64,000 bases of DNA. It comes from Haliotis cracherodii. Taxonomy: Eukaryota. The notes below the pieces were generated by a model. It was not told the DNA's origin. It did no database searches and was given only the letters and a program-made list of their open reading frames with translations. The stretch is from contig NW_027266294.1 in the NCBI RefSeq assembly GCF_022045235.1, positions 496,001 to 560,000 on the forward strand, written 5' to 3'. Both the position numbers and the translations under genes were made by a program. This document shows, piece after piece, positions 1 to 12,057 of the stretch (positions are counted from its first letter, which is position 1; every line of letters begins with the position of its first letter).

Positions 1-1164
1 CACAGTGAGATAGAACCACTACACCATCATGCATACACAGATGCAAGCTCATTGCCACACAGTGAGATAGAACCACTACACCATCATGCATACACAGATG
101 GCAGCTCATTGCCACACAGTGAGATAGAGCCACTACCCTATCATGCATACACAGATGGCAGCTCATTGCCACACAGTGAGATAGAGCCACTACCCCATCA
201 TTCATACTCAGATGCCAGCTCATTGCCACACAGTGAGGTAGAGCCAGCTCATTGCCACACAGTGAGATAGAGCCAGCTCATTGCCACACAGTGAGATAGA
301 GCCACTACCCTATCATGCATACACAGATGCCAGCTCATTGCCACACAGTGAGATAGAGCCAGCTCATTGCCACACAGTGTGATAGAGCCACTACCCCATC
401 ATGCATACACAGATGCCAGCTCATTGCCACACAGTGAAATAGAACGACTACACCATCATGCATACACAGATGCCAGCTCATTGCCACACAGTGAGATAGA
501 GCCAGCTCATTGCCACACAGTGAGATAGAGCCACTACCCCATCATGCATACTCAGATGCCAGCTCATTGCCACACAGTGAGATAGAGCCAGCTCATTGCC
601 ACACAGTGAGATAGAGCCACTACACCATCATGCATACACAGATGCCAGCTCATTGCCACACAGTGAGATAGAGCCACTACCCCATCATGCATACTCAGAT
701 GCCAGCTCATTGCCACACAGTGAGATAGAGCCACTACACCATCATGCATACACAGATGCCAGCTCATTGCCACACAGTGAGATAGAGCCAGCTCATTGCC
801 ACACAGTGAGATAGAGCCACTACCCTATCATGCATACACAGATGCCAGCTCATTGCCACACAGTGAGATAGAGCCACTACACTATCATGCATACACAGAT
901 GCCAGCTCATTGCCACACAGTGAGATAGAGCCACTACACCATCATGCATACACAGATGCCAGCTCATTGCCACACAGTGAGATAGAGCCAGCTCATTGCC
1001 ACACAGTGAGATAGAACCACTACCCCATCATGCATACACAGATGCCAGCTCATTGCCACACAGTGAGATAGAGCCAGCTCATTGCCACACAGTGAGATAG
1101 AACCACTACGCCATCATGCATACACTGATGCCAGCTCATTGCCACACAGTGAGATAGAGCCACT
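1..1164. repeat. Minisatellite mixing a 57-bp unit (CACAGTGAGATAGAGCCACTACACCATCATGCATACACAGATGCCAGCTCATTGCCA) and a 29-bp deletion-derived unit; runs off the window start
   Basis: 57-bp period read directly (19-aa repeat in the ORF track); the short unit lacks 28 bp between two GCCA motifs. Confidence 0.97.
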
Positions 1165-1210
1165 ATGTATGTGCATTGTACATTGAATACAGATCCAGCT
1201 GTCAACTCAC

Positions 1211-1253
1211 GCCCCAGTAGCGAGTTCCGTGTTTTGCTGCCCTGACTTGCTCC
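1211..1253 (-). pseudogene. Candidate 43-bp exon or exon relic (EQVRAAKHGTRYWG)
   Basis: Minus strand reads tcttgcag|GGAGCAAGTC...TACTGGGGC|gtgagt: canonical acceptor and donor around an open frame. Short, so chance is possible. Confidence 0.3.
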
Positions 1254-2006
1254 CTGCAAGATACTATATGTATACAAGAGTGGTTTCAAAAAATACTCCA
1301 CTGTTCTTTGCTCTGTTTTAAACATAACAAATTTTCTGACATTTCAGTTTGTACATAAATTTTGGGTACATTTATCAACAAACATTTCAGGAAATTATAC
1401 ATTCTGCATATCCAAAATATATTGTTGATCAGCTTTTTAACAAAGGAAACCCAGGTTTGCTTTCACACAAAAACACATATCATAACACTTTCTTGGATGT
1501 CTATAGCTTGGCATCCTCAGTGAAACACCTTGAAGTTTACACTGTTGATAAGTCTTAGGTGTCCTCAGAGGTATTCGTTTGGCTTGTGTTCCAGCGTGTA
1601 GGAAAGTGCCAGGATAATTTACCAAAAAATAAACTCCCAAATATTTATTGTTTTAACTACAACCAAGGCCTTGTCTGTATAAACCGCCTCTCTCATTTTG
1701 CACACACACCTCCATGTTTAAATTCAACTACTTTAGTTTTTTTCTGTGTTAAGACCTGAACAAGGAATTGTTGAACACTGAATTTTTCTCGCACATTTAT
1801 CGGATTTTGTTATCCAGGTATAAAAAATAATAGCTAAAATATGTTTTTATCCCCTTGTTAAGGATTTTGGGGATGATTAAGAAAAGTTTGTAGTGTTCTC
1901 CCTAATTACATGAACAACTGTAAAACATCTCATTCACTTTTAACAGACAACTTTCTCCTAAACACAAGTCATCATCCGAGTATTGACAATGTCTTTGTGA
2001 TGTTAC

Positions 2007-2610
2007 CTCCACTGTTGTAGTGTGAGTGATCGTGATAAACATGTCCGTCCGAAAAGCTGTGATCCATCCATAACTGCATCTGAGTTTAAACGTCTGTTTC
2101 TTTTGCCAGTTGGTTATTCAACAAACCAAGTATTAAGGACTTACTCTACACCCTTGCCTAACATCAGATTCTGCACACTACCTGTCGTGTCTCCTAACAC
2201 AAGCTCTCATATTGACTCCATAATAATTTCAACATGTCCCTGCTAGTTCTGCTTGTGTGAAGAAGTGCCCAGACAGTGAAGAGTTTGCCAAGGTTTACAG
2301 AGTCAAAGTCTTTGTGGGGGCGTGGGTGGCCCTGTCCTCTTAGGCGCCGCGATTCGCTGTGCAGAGTAGCGTCCCTTGGGCACGCCAGAAACCTATGATT
2401 GCGGGTTCGAATCCAGGTTCGCCCCGATTATGTTTCTAGGTTTGTCAGCACCATACCCGTGCTCGTGGGTTTCAACGAAGTGGTAAACGTCGGAGACCTG
2501 CATCACTTCTGGCTTTCCTCCCACATTAAGCTGACACACCGTGATATAACTGGAATATTGTTAAAAGCGGTGTGAAACTCACCACACTCACTCAAAGTCT
2601 TTGCTATAAT
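2007..2610 (-). pseudogene. Candidate decayed exon interrupted by a SINE
   Basis: Strong acceptor ttgcatttcttttag ending at 2611 and donor AG|gtaaca at 2006. With the SINE and one TSD removed, protein-like frames with stops appear (YSKDFDSVNLGKL...; ...VE*VLNTWFVE*PTGKRNRRLNSDAVM...). Confidence 0.3.
2316..2591 (+). mobile_element. Full-length tRNA-derived SINE with V-domain-like core (family A)
   Basis: GGGGCG (2317)...CGCCCC (2420-2425) acceptor-stem-like pair; B box GGTTCGAATCC 2404-2414; CCCGTG..CGTGGGTTT...GGCTTTCCTCCCACA resembles the V-SINE core; (ACTC)n tail; 12-bp TSD TCAAAGTCTTTG at 2303-2314 and 2592-2603. Confidence 0.9.
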
Positions 2611-2722
2611 CTAAAAGAAATGCAAACAAGCCTCCCTCACATGTCCCGCATCTGTTTCCTTGAATGATTCAGCTAAAAATATGAATCAGACCTTGATACC
2701 CAGAGATGTGTTGCTGTCTGCT

Positions 2723-3289
2723 TGATAACAGGATTCCCCTGTATGTGTTAGTGTCACTGACATGATAACAGGATTCCCCTGTAGGTGTTAGTGTCACTGA
2801 CATGATAACAGGATTCCCCTGTAGGTGTTAGTGTCACTGACATGATAACAGGATTCCCCTGTAGGTGTTAACTAATGTCACTGACATGATAACAGGATTC
2901 CCCTGTAAGTGTTAGTGTCACTGACATGATAACAGGATTCCCCTGTAGGTGTTAGTGTCACTGACATGATAACAGGATTCCCCTGTAGGTGTTAGTGTCA
3001 CTGACATGATAACAGGATTCCCCTGTAGGTGTTAGTGTCACTGACATGATAACAGGATTCCCCTGTTGGTGTTAGTGTCACTGACATGATAACAGGATTC
3101 CCCTGTAGGTGTTAGTGTCACTGACATGATAACAGGATTCCCCTGTAGGTGTTAGTGTCACTGACATGATAACAGGATTCCCCTGTAGGTGTTAGTGTCA
3201 CTGACATGATAACAGGATTCCCCTGTAGGTGTTAGTGTCACTGACATGATAACAGGATTCCCCTGTAGGTGTTAGTGTCACTGACATGA
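2723..3289. repeat. Minisatellite, 40-bp unit GATAACAGGATTCCCCTGTAGGTGTTAGTGTCACTGACAT, ~14 copies
   Basis: Direct periodicity, near-identical copies. Confidence 0.97.
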
Positions 3290-3802
3290 CCTTGTTGATG
3301 GAGACAAATCTCGCAGAAACTTTGAATTTTCAAAATTGACATCGAAGGTTATAAATTAATGTAATGAAGAAACATAAGTTACACTTCTTTTCAGGCGCCC
3401 AGCAGGGATTTTGTGAGATTTTCAGCAGCAATGGGCCCTTTCTGCATTGCTAATAAATTGGGTTTTGATTAGCTGCTCAATTATCAGTGATTATATGAAT
3501 AATTCTCAGAGAATGAGAGGCCTCGCTGTCACTGTGGAAAAGGCCAAACTGAAGAATCTGAGTCAAACTTGTAAACAGGGAACAGGGAAGGCGATGAATG
3601 AGTAATCAAGGAATTCCGATGTTACATTGTGAAAACCTGGCACATTTTCTGTTTGAACCTTGTGATGCTTTAGATGATATCCTCCCTTGAAGTAAGAGAT
3701 TCTGATATATCAGATGGTAAAATAGAATGGTCTTGGACAATCCTCTTCCAAATATTCACTGTTGTGTCAAGAGAAAGATGGTGTTGTTGTGAATATTATT
3801 AT

Positions 3803-3949
3803 CATAAGGAAGAGTATTTATGGATGTCAACTTCTTTATTATGAGGAACACATGTTTCAGAGTATATGCTTACTCCTTCATAAGGTGAATGAAGGAGTAA
3901 AGTATACTCCTAATAAAGAAGTTGACATCCATAAATACTCATCCTTATG
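3803..3949. mobile_element. Palindromic (foldback/MITE-like) element
   Basis: Arms 3803-3841 and 3911-3949 are reverse complements with one mismatch; inner arms TTACTCCTTCAT/ATGAAGGAGTAA. Confidence 0.8.
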
Positions 3950-4272
3950 CGTATCACTTCTAAATGCCTTTCAAAGACTTTATGGAACAACATGGAATAC
4001 TTGCATCCATAGACCAGACTCCTTCAACACTGTCTGAGGAAACTGCATCAATTGTTTGAACTTGTCCTTATCCTGTGAACCCAACTCATTCACACACATA
4101 CTCATGATCCCACACAAACTGGATAGAGTTCTAATTCATAATCTGTGACACTTGTACAATTGTGACCTACGTAAGATAACTCACCAACACCTCCATCAGA
4201 GCAATACCCTTCCTTCATTTTCTGAATGTTTAGTTCAGAACATATGTCTAGCAGACACCTGCCTTGACATAA

Positions 4273-4438
4273 GTGAGTGAGTGAGAATGGTGTTACACCG
4301 TTTTTAGCAATATTCCAGCAATATCACAGCAGGGGACACCAGAAATGGGCTTCACGCATTGTACCGATGTCGGGAATGGAACCAAGGTCTTCGGCATGAC
4401 GAGTGAACACTTTAACCCTTAGGCTACCCGACCGCCCC
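4273..4438 (-). mobile_element. Full-length short tRNA-derived SINE (family B)
   Basis: Minus strand: GGGGCGGTCGGGTAGCCTAAGGGTTAAAG (A-box-like)...GGTTCCATTCCC (B-box-like)...TTTCTGGTGTCCCC...GATATTGCTGGAATATTGCTAAAAACGGTGT...(ACTC)n; 13-bp TSD TGCCTTGA(C/T)ATAA at 4260-4272 and 4439-4451. Confidence 0.92.
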
Positions 4439-4922
4439 TGCCTTGATATAAACAGTCTTAACCCAGGGGTATCATGTGAGACGAAGATGATCCACCATGT
4501 ATTCCGGGAGGCTGTGCCCCAGTCCCTCACTGTGTTCAATGATGTCATCTCCACCATAATCTGGACCAGGACCTGTACATGCATTGATATCGCCATTGAT
4601 ATCGCCATTGAGAAAAGGTATTACATAGCCATCAGTGTCTATTGAAACATCTCGAATGTCTTCTTGTGTCATGAAATATTGTTTTTTCTCTCTATCCCAC
4701 ATCGCTATTCCTTGTGGAGCTCGGAGGTTGAATGCAGTTTGTGGAAGATGGTGCATCAGATGTAAGACCAGGTGCTGATTTATCAAATGGTACGAAAATC
4801 TGCCTTGCATTACGCATGGTCGGTCCACTTCATGTATTTACCAAGTTCCTTCACAATAGTTTGTGTCAGATTTCTTCTCTGCTTTGCTCTAAAGTATAGA
4901 AAAGTCACAACAGATAGAATAT

Positions 4923-5407
4923 ATGTGGTCAATATGTCACTTATACCTTCATGACTCAATCATGTGGTCAATATATCACTTATACCTTCATGACTCAATC
5001 ATGTGGTCAATATATCACTTATACCTTCATGACTCAATCATGTGGTCAATATATCACTTATACCTTCATGACTCAATCGTGTGGTCATTATATCACTTAT
5101 ACCTTCATGACTCAATCATGTGGTCAATATATCACTTATACCTTCATGACTCAATCATGTGGTCAATATATCACTTACACCTTCATGACTCAATCATGTG
5201 GTCAATATATCACTTATACCATCATGACACAATCATGTGGTCAATATATCACTTATACCTTCATGACACAATCATGTGGTCAATATATCACTTATACATG
5301 TACCTTCATGACACAATCATGTGGTCAATATATCACTTATACCTTCATGACTCAATCATGTGGTCAATATATCACTTATACCTTCATGACTCAATCATGT
5401 GGTCATT
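4923..5407. repeat. Minisatellite, 39-bp unit ATGTGGTCAATATATCACTTATACCTTCATGACTCAATC, ~12 copies
   Basis: Direct periodicity. Confidence 0.97.
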
Positions 5408-5521
5408 ACTGTATGTTTAATGCTGAAGGAGACTGAGACAGTCTATCCCCTCTCACACATCCGCTAGCCCCAGCTGTATCTGCATGTGACGAGGGGAAGC
5501 AGGTGATGAGGCCTGTGTCAG

Positions 5522-5668
5522 CTACAGGTAGTGTTCCACGTTTGGATTCCTCGCCATGAGAAGTTCCACCACCAGAACTCCACAATCATAATAAAAGTTC
5601 TCACTGATGTCAGGTTTGTTTAGTTCATGGTAAAATGTTCCTATCACTCGAACTTCTACTTCCTGCAT
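5522..5668 (-). pseudogene. Protein-like block MQEVEVRVIGTFYHELNKPDISENFYYDCGVLVVELLMARNPNVEHYL, possibly part of the same relic
   Basis: Manual minus-strand translation, 48 open codons, same strand as the neighbouring relic blocks; family not recognised. Confidence 0.25.
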
Positions 5669-5820
5669 GCCTTTTGTATTTCTGTCTGAAGAGTTTGTTT
5701 AATGGGATGGTTTACAAAATGGGGCCGGTTATTTTGGGGTATTGTAAAACGGGAATTATGAATGGAACTACTCCCGTTCAACTAGAAGTTAGGTACATGG
5801 TGTCTGCTGTGTCACCAAGT

Positions 5821-7095
5821 GTTGTCTGACCAACGCTCTCTGCCCAGGGTTATCTGACCAACACTCTCTGCCCAGGGTTATCTGACCAACACTCTCTGCC
5901 CTGGGTTATCTGACCAACACTCTCTGCCCAGGGTTATCTGACCTAACAGTTTCTGTCCTGGGTTACCTGACCAACACTCTCTGCCCAGGGTTATCTGACC
6001 AACTCTCTCTGCCCAGGGTTATCTGACCTAACAGTTTCTGTCCTGGGTTACCTGACCAACACTCTCTGCCCAGGGTTATCTGACCAACACTCTCTGCCCA
6101 GGGTTATCTGACCAACACTCTCTGTCCAGGCTTAACTGACCAACACTCTCTGACCTGGGTTAGTTGACGAACACTCTCTGTCCAGGGTTGTCTGACCAAA
6201 GCTGTCTGCCCCGGGTTAGCTGACCAACACTCTCTGTCCAGGGTTACCTGACCAAAGCTCTCTGCCCCGGGTTATCTGACCAACACTCTCTGTCCAGGCT
6301 TAACTGACCAACGCTCTCTGACCTGGGTTAGATGACGAACACTCTCTGTCCAGGGTTATCTGACCAACACTCTCTGCCCAGGGTTATCTGACCAACATTC
6401 TCTGCCAAGGGTTATCTGACCAACACTCTCTGCCCAGGGTTATCTGACCAACATTCTCTGCCCAGGGTTACCTGACCAACATTCTCTGCCCAGGGTTAAC
6501 TGACCAACATTCTCTGCCCAGGGTTATCTGACCAACACTCTCTGCTCTGGGTTATCTGACCAACGCTTTCTGACCTGGGTTAGTTGACCAACACTCTCTG
6601 TCCAGGGTTATATGACCATCACTCTCTGCCCTGGGTTATCTGACCAACACTCTCTGCCCAGGGTTATCTGACCAACACTCTCTGCCCAAGGTTAGTTGAA
6701 GAACACTCTCTGCCCTGGGTTATCTGACCAACAGTTTCTGCCCTGGGTTAGTTGACGAACACTCTCTGCCGAGGGTTATCTGACCAACATTCTCTACCCA
6801 AGGTTATCTGACCAACACTCTCTGCCCAGGGTTATCTGACCAACACTCTCTGCCCAAGTTTAGTTGAAGAACACTCTCTGCCCAGGGTTATCTGACCAAC
6901 AGTTTCTGCCCTGGGTTAGTTGACGAACACTCTCTGCCGAGGGTTATCTGACCAACATTCTCTGCCCAACGTTATCTGACCAATACTCTCTGCCCTGGGT
7001 TATCTGACCAACGCTCTCTGCCCAGGGTTATCTGACCAATACTCTCTGCCCTGGGTTAGTTGACCAACACTCTCTGCCAAGGGTTGTCTGACCAA
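5821..7095. repeat. Minisatellite, 28-bp unit TCTGACCAACACTCTCTGCCCAGGGTTA, ~45 copies
   Basis: Direct periodicity with variant copies. Confidence 0.97.
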
Positions 7096-7496
7096 CCAAG
7101 TATTTGGCCACACAGAATATAATGTACATATGCAGAGTACAGAGAATTGGTATGTACACATAGTGCTGGGAAGATGATAAATAGGTATCATGCTGTTGTT
7201 TCCACAACCAAGAATAGATAAAGCATGTTTAAAAAAGTTATAAAAATGTGCTATTTATTGCGTCTGGGAATGCAGCACTGCACTTGGAGTGAGGCGGATC
7301 AGGGGAGTGAAGTATGCAGGCACAGTGTCCTCTGTTCTAGATGTAGCTTCTGCTTCAGGAGAAGAAGAGGTCTTCTTGCATTTCCTGTAAATTCCTGCCA
7401 CCATGCCGAGGACAATCAATACCTGCCTCCATGTCTTATGTGGCCGTCCTCTGTTACCCCCCTGAAAATAGCAATCCCTGTTACATACCTGCTGCT

Positions 7497-9147
7497 TCTA
7501 TAGTGAAATGGTTGTATATGCCTTCTCCTGTAGTGATATAGTTGTATACTCCTGCTCCTGTAGTGATATGGTTGTATACTCCTGCTCCTGTAGTGATATG
7601 GTTGTATACTCCTGCTCCTGTAGTGATATGGTTGTATACTCCTGCTCCTGTAGTGATATGGTTGTATACTCCTGCTCCTGTAGTGATATGGTTGTATACT
7701 CCTGCTCCTGTAGTGATATGGTTGTATACTCCTGCTCTTGTAGTGATATGGTTGTATATTCCTTCTATAGTGATATGGTTGTATACTCCTTCTATAGTGA
7801 TATAGTTGTATACTGCTGCTTCTGTAGTGATATGGCTGTATACTCCTTCTATAGTGATATAGCTGTATACTCCTCCTTCTAAAGTGATATAGCTGTATAC
7901 TCCTTCTATAGTGATATGGCTGTATACTCCTTCTATAGTGATATGGCTGTATACTCCTTCTATAGTGATATGGTTGTATACTCCTTCTATAGTGATATAG
8001 CTGTATACTCCTCCTTCTAAAGTGATATGGCTGTATACTCCTCCTTCTAAAGTGATATAGCTGTATACTCCTTCTATAGTGATATGGCTGTATACTCCTT
8101 CTATAGTGATATGGCTGTATACTCCTTCTCCTTTAGTGATATGGCTGTGTACTCCTTCTATAGTGATATGGCTGATACTCCTTCTATAGTGATATGGCTG
8201 TATACTCCTTCTATAGTGATATGGCTGTATACTCCTTCTATAGTGATATGGCTGTATACTCCTTCTATAGTGATATGGCTGTATACTCCTTCTATAGTGA
8301 TATGGTTGTATACTCCTTCTATAGTGATATGGTAGTATACTCCTTCTATAGTGATATGGTTGTATACTCCTTCTCCTGTAGTGATATGGTTGTATATTCC
8401 TGCTCTAAAAGTGATAAGGTTGTATATTCCTGCTCTAAAAGTGATAAAGTTGTATATTCCTGCTCTAAAAGTGATAAGGTTGTATATTCCTGCTCTAAAA
8501 GTGATAAGGTTGTATATTCCTGCTCTAAAAGTGATAAGGTTGTATATTCCTGCTCTAAAAGTGATAAGGTTGTATATTCCTGCTCTAAAAGTGATATGGT
8601 TGTATATTCCTGCTCTAAAAGTGATAAGGTTGTATATTCCTGCTCTAAAAGTGATAAGGTTGTATATTCCTGCTCTAAAAGTGATAAGGTTGTATATTCC
8701 TGCTCTAAAAGTGATAAGGTTGTATATTCCTGCTCTAAAAGTGATATGGTTGTATAGTGCTGCTCCTGTAGTGATATGGTTGTATAGTGCTGCTCCTGTA
8801 GTGATATGGTTGTATACTCCTGCTCTAAAAGTGATAAGGTTGTATACTCCTGCTCTAAAAGTGATATGGTAGTATATTCCTGCTCCTGTAGTGATATGGT
8901 TGTATAGTGCTGCTCCTGTAGTGATATGGTTGTATAGTGCTGCTCCTGTAGTGATAAGGTTGTATACTCCTGCTCCTGTAGTGATATGGTTGTATACTCC
9001 TGCTCCTGTAGTGATATGGTTGTATAGTGCTGCTCCTGTAGTGATATGGTTGTATACTCCTGCTCCTGTAGTGATAAGGTTGTATACTCCTGCTCCTGTA
9101 GTGATATGGTTGTATAGTGCTGCTCCTGTAGTGATATGGTTGTATAT
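7497..9147. repeat. Minisatellite with 27/30-bp variant blocks (AGTGATATGGTTGTATACTCC core)
   Basis: Successive homogeneous blocks: CTCCTG 30-mer, TTCTA 27-mer, CTCTAAAA 30-mer, GTGC/CTCC 30-mer. Confidence 0.97.
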
Positions 9148-9178
9148 CTGACAACGTGTATAGGTTGTATTGCTGGAT

Positions 9179-9870
9179 TACGTAAGACCAGATGTTGTGC
9201 AGTGAACTACGTGAGACCAGATGTTGTGCAGTGAACTACGTGAGACCAGATGTTGTGCAGTGAACTACGTGAGACCAGATGTTGTGCAGTGAACTACGTG
9301 AGACCAGATGTTGTGCAGTGAACTACGTGAGACCAGATGTTGTGCAGTGAACTACGTGAGACCAGATGTTGTGCAGTGAACTACGTGAGACCAGATGTTG
9401 TGCAGTGAACTACGTGAGACCAGATGTTGCGCAGTGAAGTACGTGAGACCAGATGTTGTGCAGTGAACTACGTGAGACCAGATGTTGTGCAGTGAACTAC
9501 GTGAGACCAGATGTTGTGCAGTGAACTACGTGAGACCAGATGTTGTGCAGTGAACTACGTGAGACCAGATGTTGTGCAGTGAACTACGTGAGACCAGATG
9601 TTGTGCAGTGAATTACGTGAGACCAGATGTTGTGCAGTGAACTACGTGAGACCAGATGTTGCGCAGTGAACTATGTGAGACCAGATGTTGTGCAGTGAAC
9701 TACGTGAGACCAGATGTTGTGCAGTGAACTACGTGAGACCAGATGTTGCGCAGTGAAGTACGTGAGACCAGATGTTGTGCAGTGAACTACATGAGACGAG
9801 GTGCTGTGCAGTGAACTACGTGAGACCAGATGTTGTGCAGTGAACTACGTGAGACCAGATGTTGTGCAGT
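9179..9870. repeat. Minisatellite, 29-bp unit CTACGTGAGACCAGATGTTGTGCAGTGAA, ~24 copies
   Basis: Direct periodicity. Confidence 0.97.
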
Positions 9871-10118
9871 CAGCATAAGTATGTTTGTGATGGGGGAGAG
9901 GAGGGAGGGAGGAAGAGGAGAGAGGAAGATAGTTAAAGTGATACTACTGCAATAATGAAATCAATGCCATGCGTCTGTGCTATTGTCTGCATCCGTCCAG
10001 AATGAAATCCTCCAGATTGATGGCAGCTGAGATGGATATCTCCGCATGCCTGCCCTCCTCAATCTGTCAATATTCTCATATCTCTAGCCTGTTGATTTGT
10101 GTGCCGCTTAGAGTAGGA

Positions 10119-10841
10119 CAGTCCTTAAGATGGGGTTTATTGGACTAGTGTCCTACAAGATGGGGTTATTGGACTAGTGTCCTACAAGATGGGGTTTATT
10201 GGACTAGTGTCCTACAAGATGGGGTTTATTGGACTAGTGTCCTACAAGATGGGGTTATTGGACTAGTGTCCTACAAGATGGGGTTATTGGACTAGTGTCC
10301 TACAAGATGGGGTTATTGGACTAGTGTAGTACAAGATGGGGTTATTGGACTAGTGTCCTACAAGATGGGGTTATTGGACTAGTGTCCTACAAGATGGGGG
10401 TTATTGGACTAGTGTCCTACAAGATGGGGTTATTGGACTAGTGTCCTACAAGATGGGGTTTATTGGACTAGTGTCCTACAAGATGAGGTTTATTGGACTA
10501 GTGTCCTACAAGATGAGGTTTATTGGACTAGTGTCCTACAAGATGGGGTTATTGGACTAGTGTCCTACAAGATGGGGTTATTGGACTAGTGTAGTACAAG
10601 ATGGGGTTATTGGACTAGTGTCCTACAAGATGGGGTTATTGGACTAGTGTCCTACAAGATGGGGGTTATTGGACTAGTGTCCTACAAGATGGGGTTATTG
10701 GACTAGTGTCCTACAAGATGGGGTTATTGGACTAGTGTAGTACAAGATGGCCTTATTGGACTAGTGTCCTACAAGATGGAGGTTATTGGACTAGTGTCCT
10801 ACAAGATGGGGGTTATTGGACTAGTGTCCTACAAGATGGGA
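10119..10841. repeat. Minisatellite, 29-30-bp unit GTCCTACAAGATGGGGTTATTGGACTAGT, ~24 copies
   Basis: Direct periodicity. Confidence 0.97.
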
Positions 10842-10903
10842 TTTTTTCTGGAAGATCAGGCATCCTGGAGTAGGTCAAACAGATCTGTCCCCAGGAGTCT
10901 GTT

Positions 10904-11675
10904 GTACAGATCAGTACCCTGGAGTCAGGTGTACAGATCAGACACCCTGGAGTCAGGTGTACAGATCAGACACCCTGGAGTCAGGTGTACAGATCAGACA
11001 CCCTGGAGTCAGGTGTACAGATCAGACACCCTGGAGTCAGGTGTACAGATCAGACACCCTGGAGTCAGGTGTACAGATCAGACACCCCGGAGTCAGGTGT
11101 ACAGATCAGACACCCCGGAGTCAGGTGTACAGATCAGACACCCTGGAGTCAGGTGTACAGATCAGACACCCTGGAGTCAGGTGTACAGATCAGTGCCCTG
11201 GAGTCGGGTGTACAGATCAGTGCCCTGGAGTCGGGTGTACAGATCAGTGCCTTGGAGTCAGGTGTACAGATCAGTGCCCTGGAGTCGGGTGTACAGATCA
11301 GACACCCTGGAGTCAGGTGTACAGATTAGTGCCCTGGAGTCGGGTGTACAGATCAGTGCCCTGGAGTCAGGTGTACAGATCAGACACCCTGGAGTCAGGT
11401 GTACAGATCAGACACCCCGGAGTCAGGTGTACAGATCAGTGCCCTGGAGTCGGGTGTACAGATCAGTGCCCTGGAGTCAGGTGTACAGATCAGTGCCCTG
11501 GAGTCAAGTGTACAGATCAGTGCCCTGGAGTCGGGTGTACAGATCAGACACCCTGGAGTCAGGTGTACAGATCAGTGCCCTGGAGTCAAGTGTACAGATC
11601 AGTGCCCCGGAGTCAAGTGTACAGAACAGTGCCCTGGAGTCGGGTGTACAGATCAGTGCCCTGATCAGTGTACAG
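10904..11675. repeat. Minisatellite, 27/28-bp units CCCTGGAGTCAGGTGTACAGATCAG(ACA/TG), ~28 copies
   Basis: Direct periodicity, two unit types. Confidence 0.97.
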
Positions 11676-12057
11676 CTGTACCAGCTGTTATCTCAGTGTT
11701 ATGTTTTAGCTGTGCTGCAATAGCTAGTCACTTGAATCTGACATTTTTGTCAGTTGAATCTTTTTGTCATGTTGTGAGGCTCTTGTTACGGGAGTTCACT
11801 ACAGAACCACTTCCAGGCAGGCCCGAAGGGTTGAATGTACGTTGTGATGAGTGACTGTATCATTTGCCTCTTCTGTATCTAATTAATATGTTTTAAATGT
11901 CATCTCTACAATGGTCATAAAAAACTAATGTTTTAGTGTTTATATGAGACTCATGTCTCGAGGAGGAGTTTAACCTTCAATGGATGTCTTGTTGCACTGG
12001 AGATGGAGCAGGCCACTGGAATGTAGCTACACTTCAGCACTGCACAGCCTGCATCAT

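Larger units (their letters stand above)
3670..4888 (-). pseudogene. Decayed coding relic of unidentified family, interrupted by a SINE and a palindromic element
   Basis: Acceptor-like tttctatactttag ending at 4889. ORF 4472-4828 continues across the excised SINE as HLRLT*YPWVKTVYIKAGVC*TYVLN*TFRK*RKGIALMEVL. Further protein-like blocks at 3980-4105 (MSMCVNELGSQDKDKFKQLMQFPQTVLKESGLWMQVFHVVP) and 3670-3795 (YSQQHHLSLDTTVNIWKRIVQDHSILPSDISESLTSREDII). Confidence 0.35.

Noticed and set aside
2316-2425. Functional tRNA gene
   Set aside because: Degenerate A box and cloverleaf; continues into a SINE body flanked by a TSD
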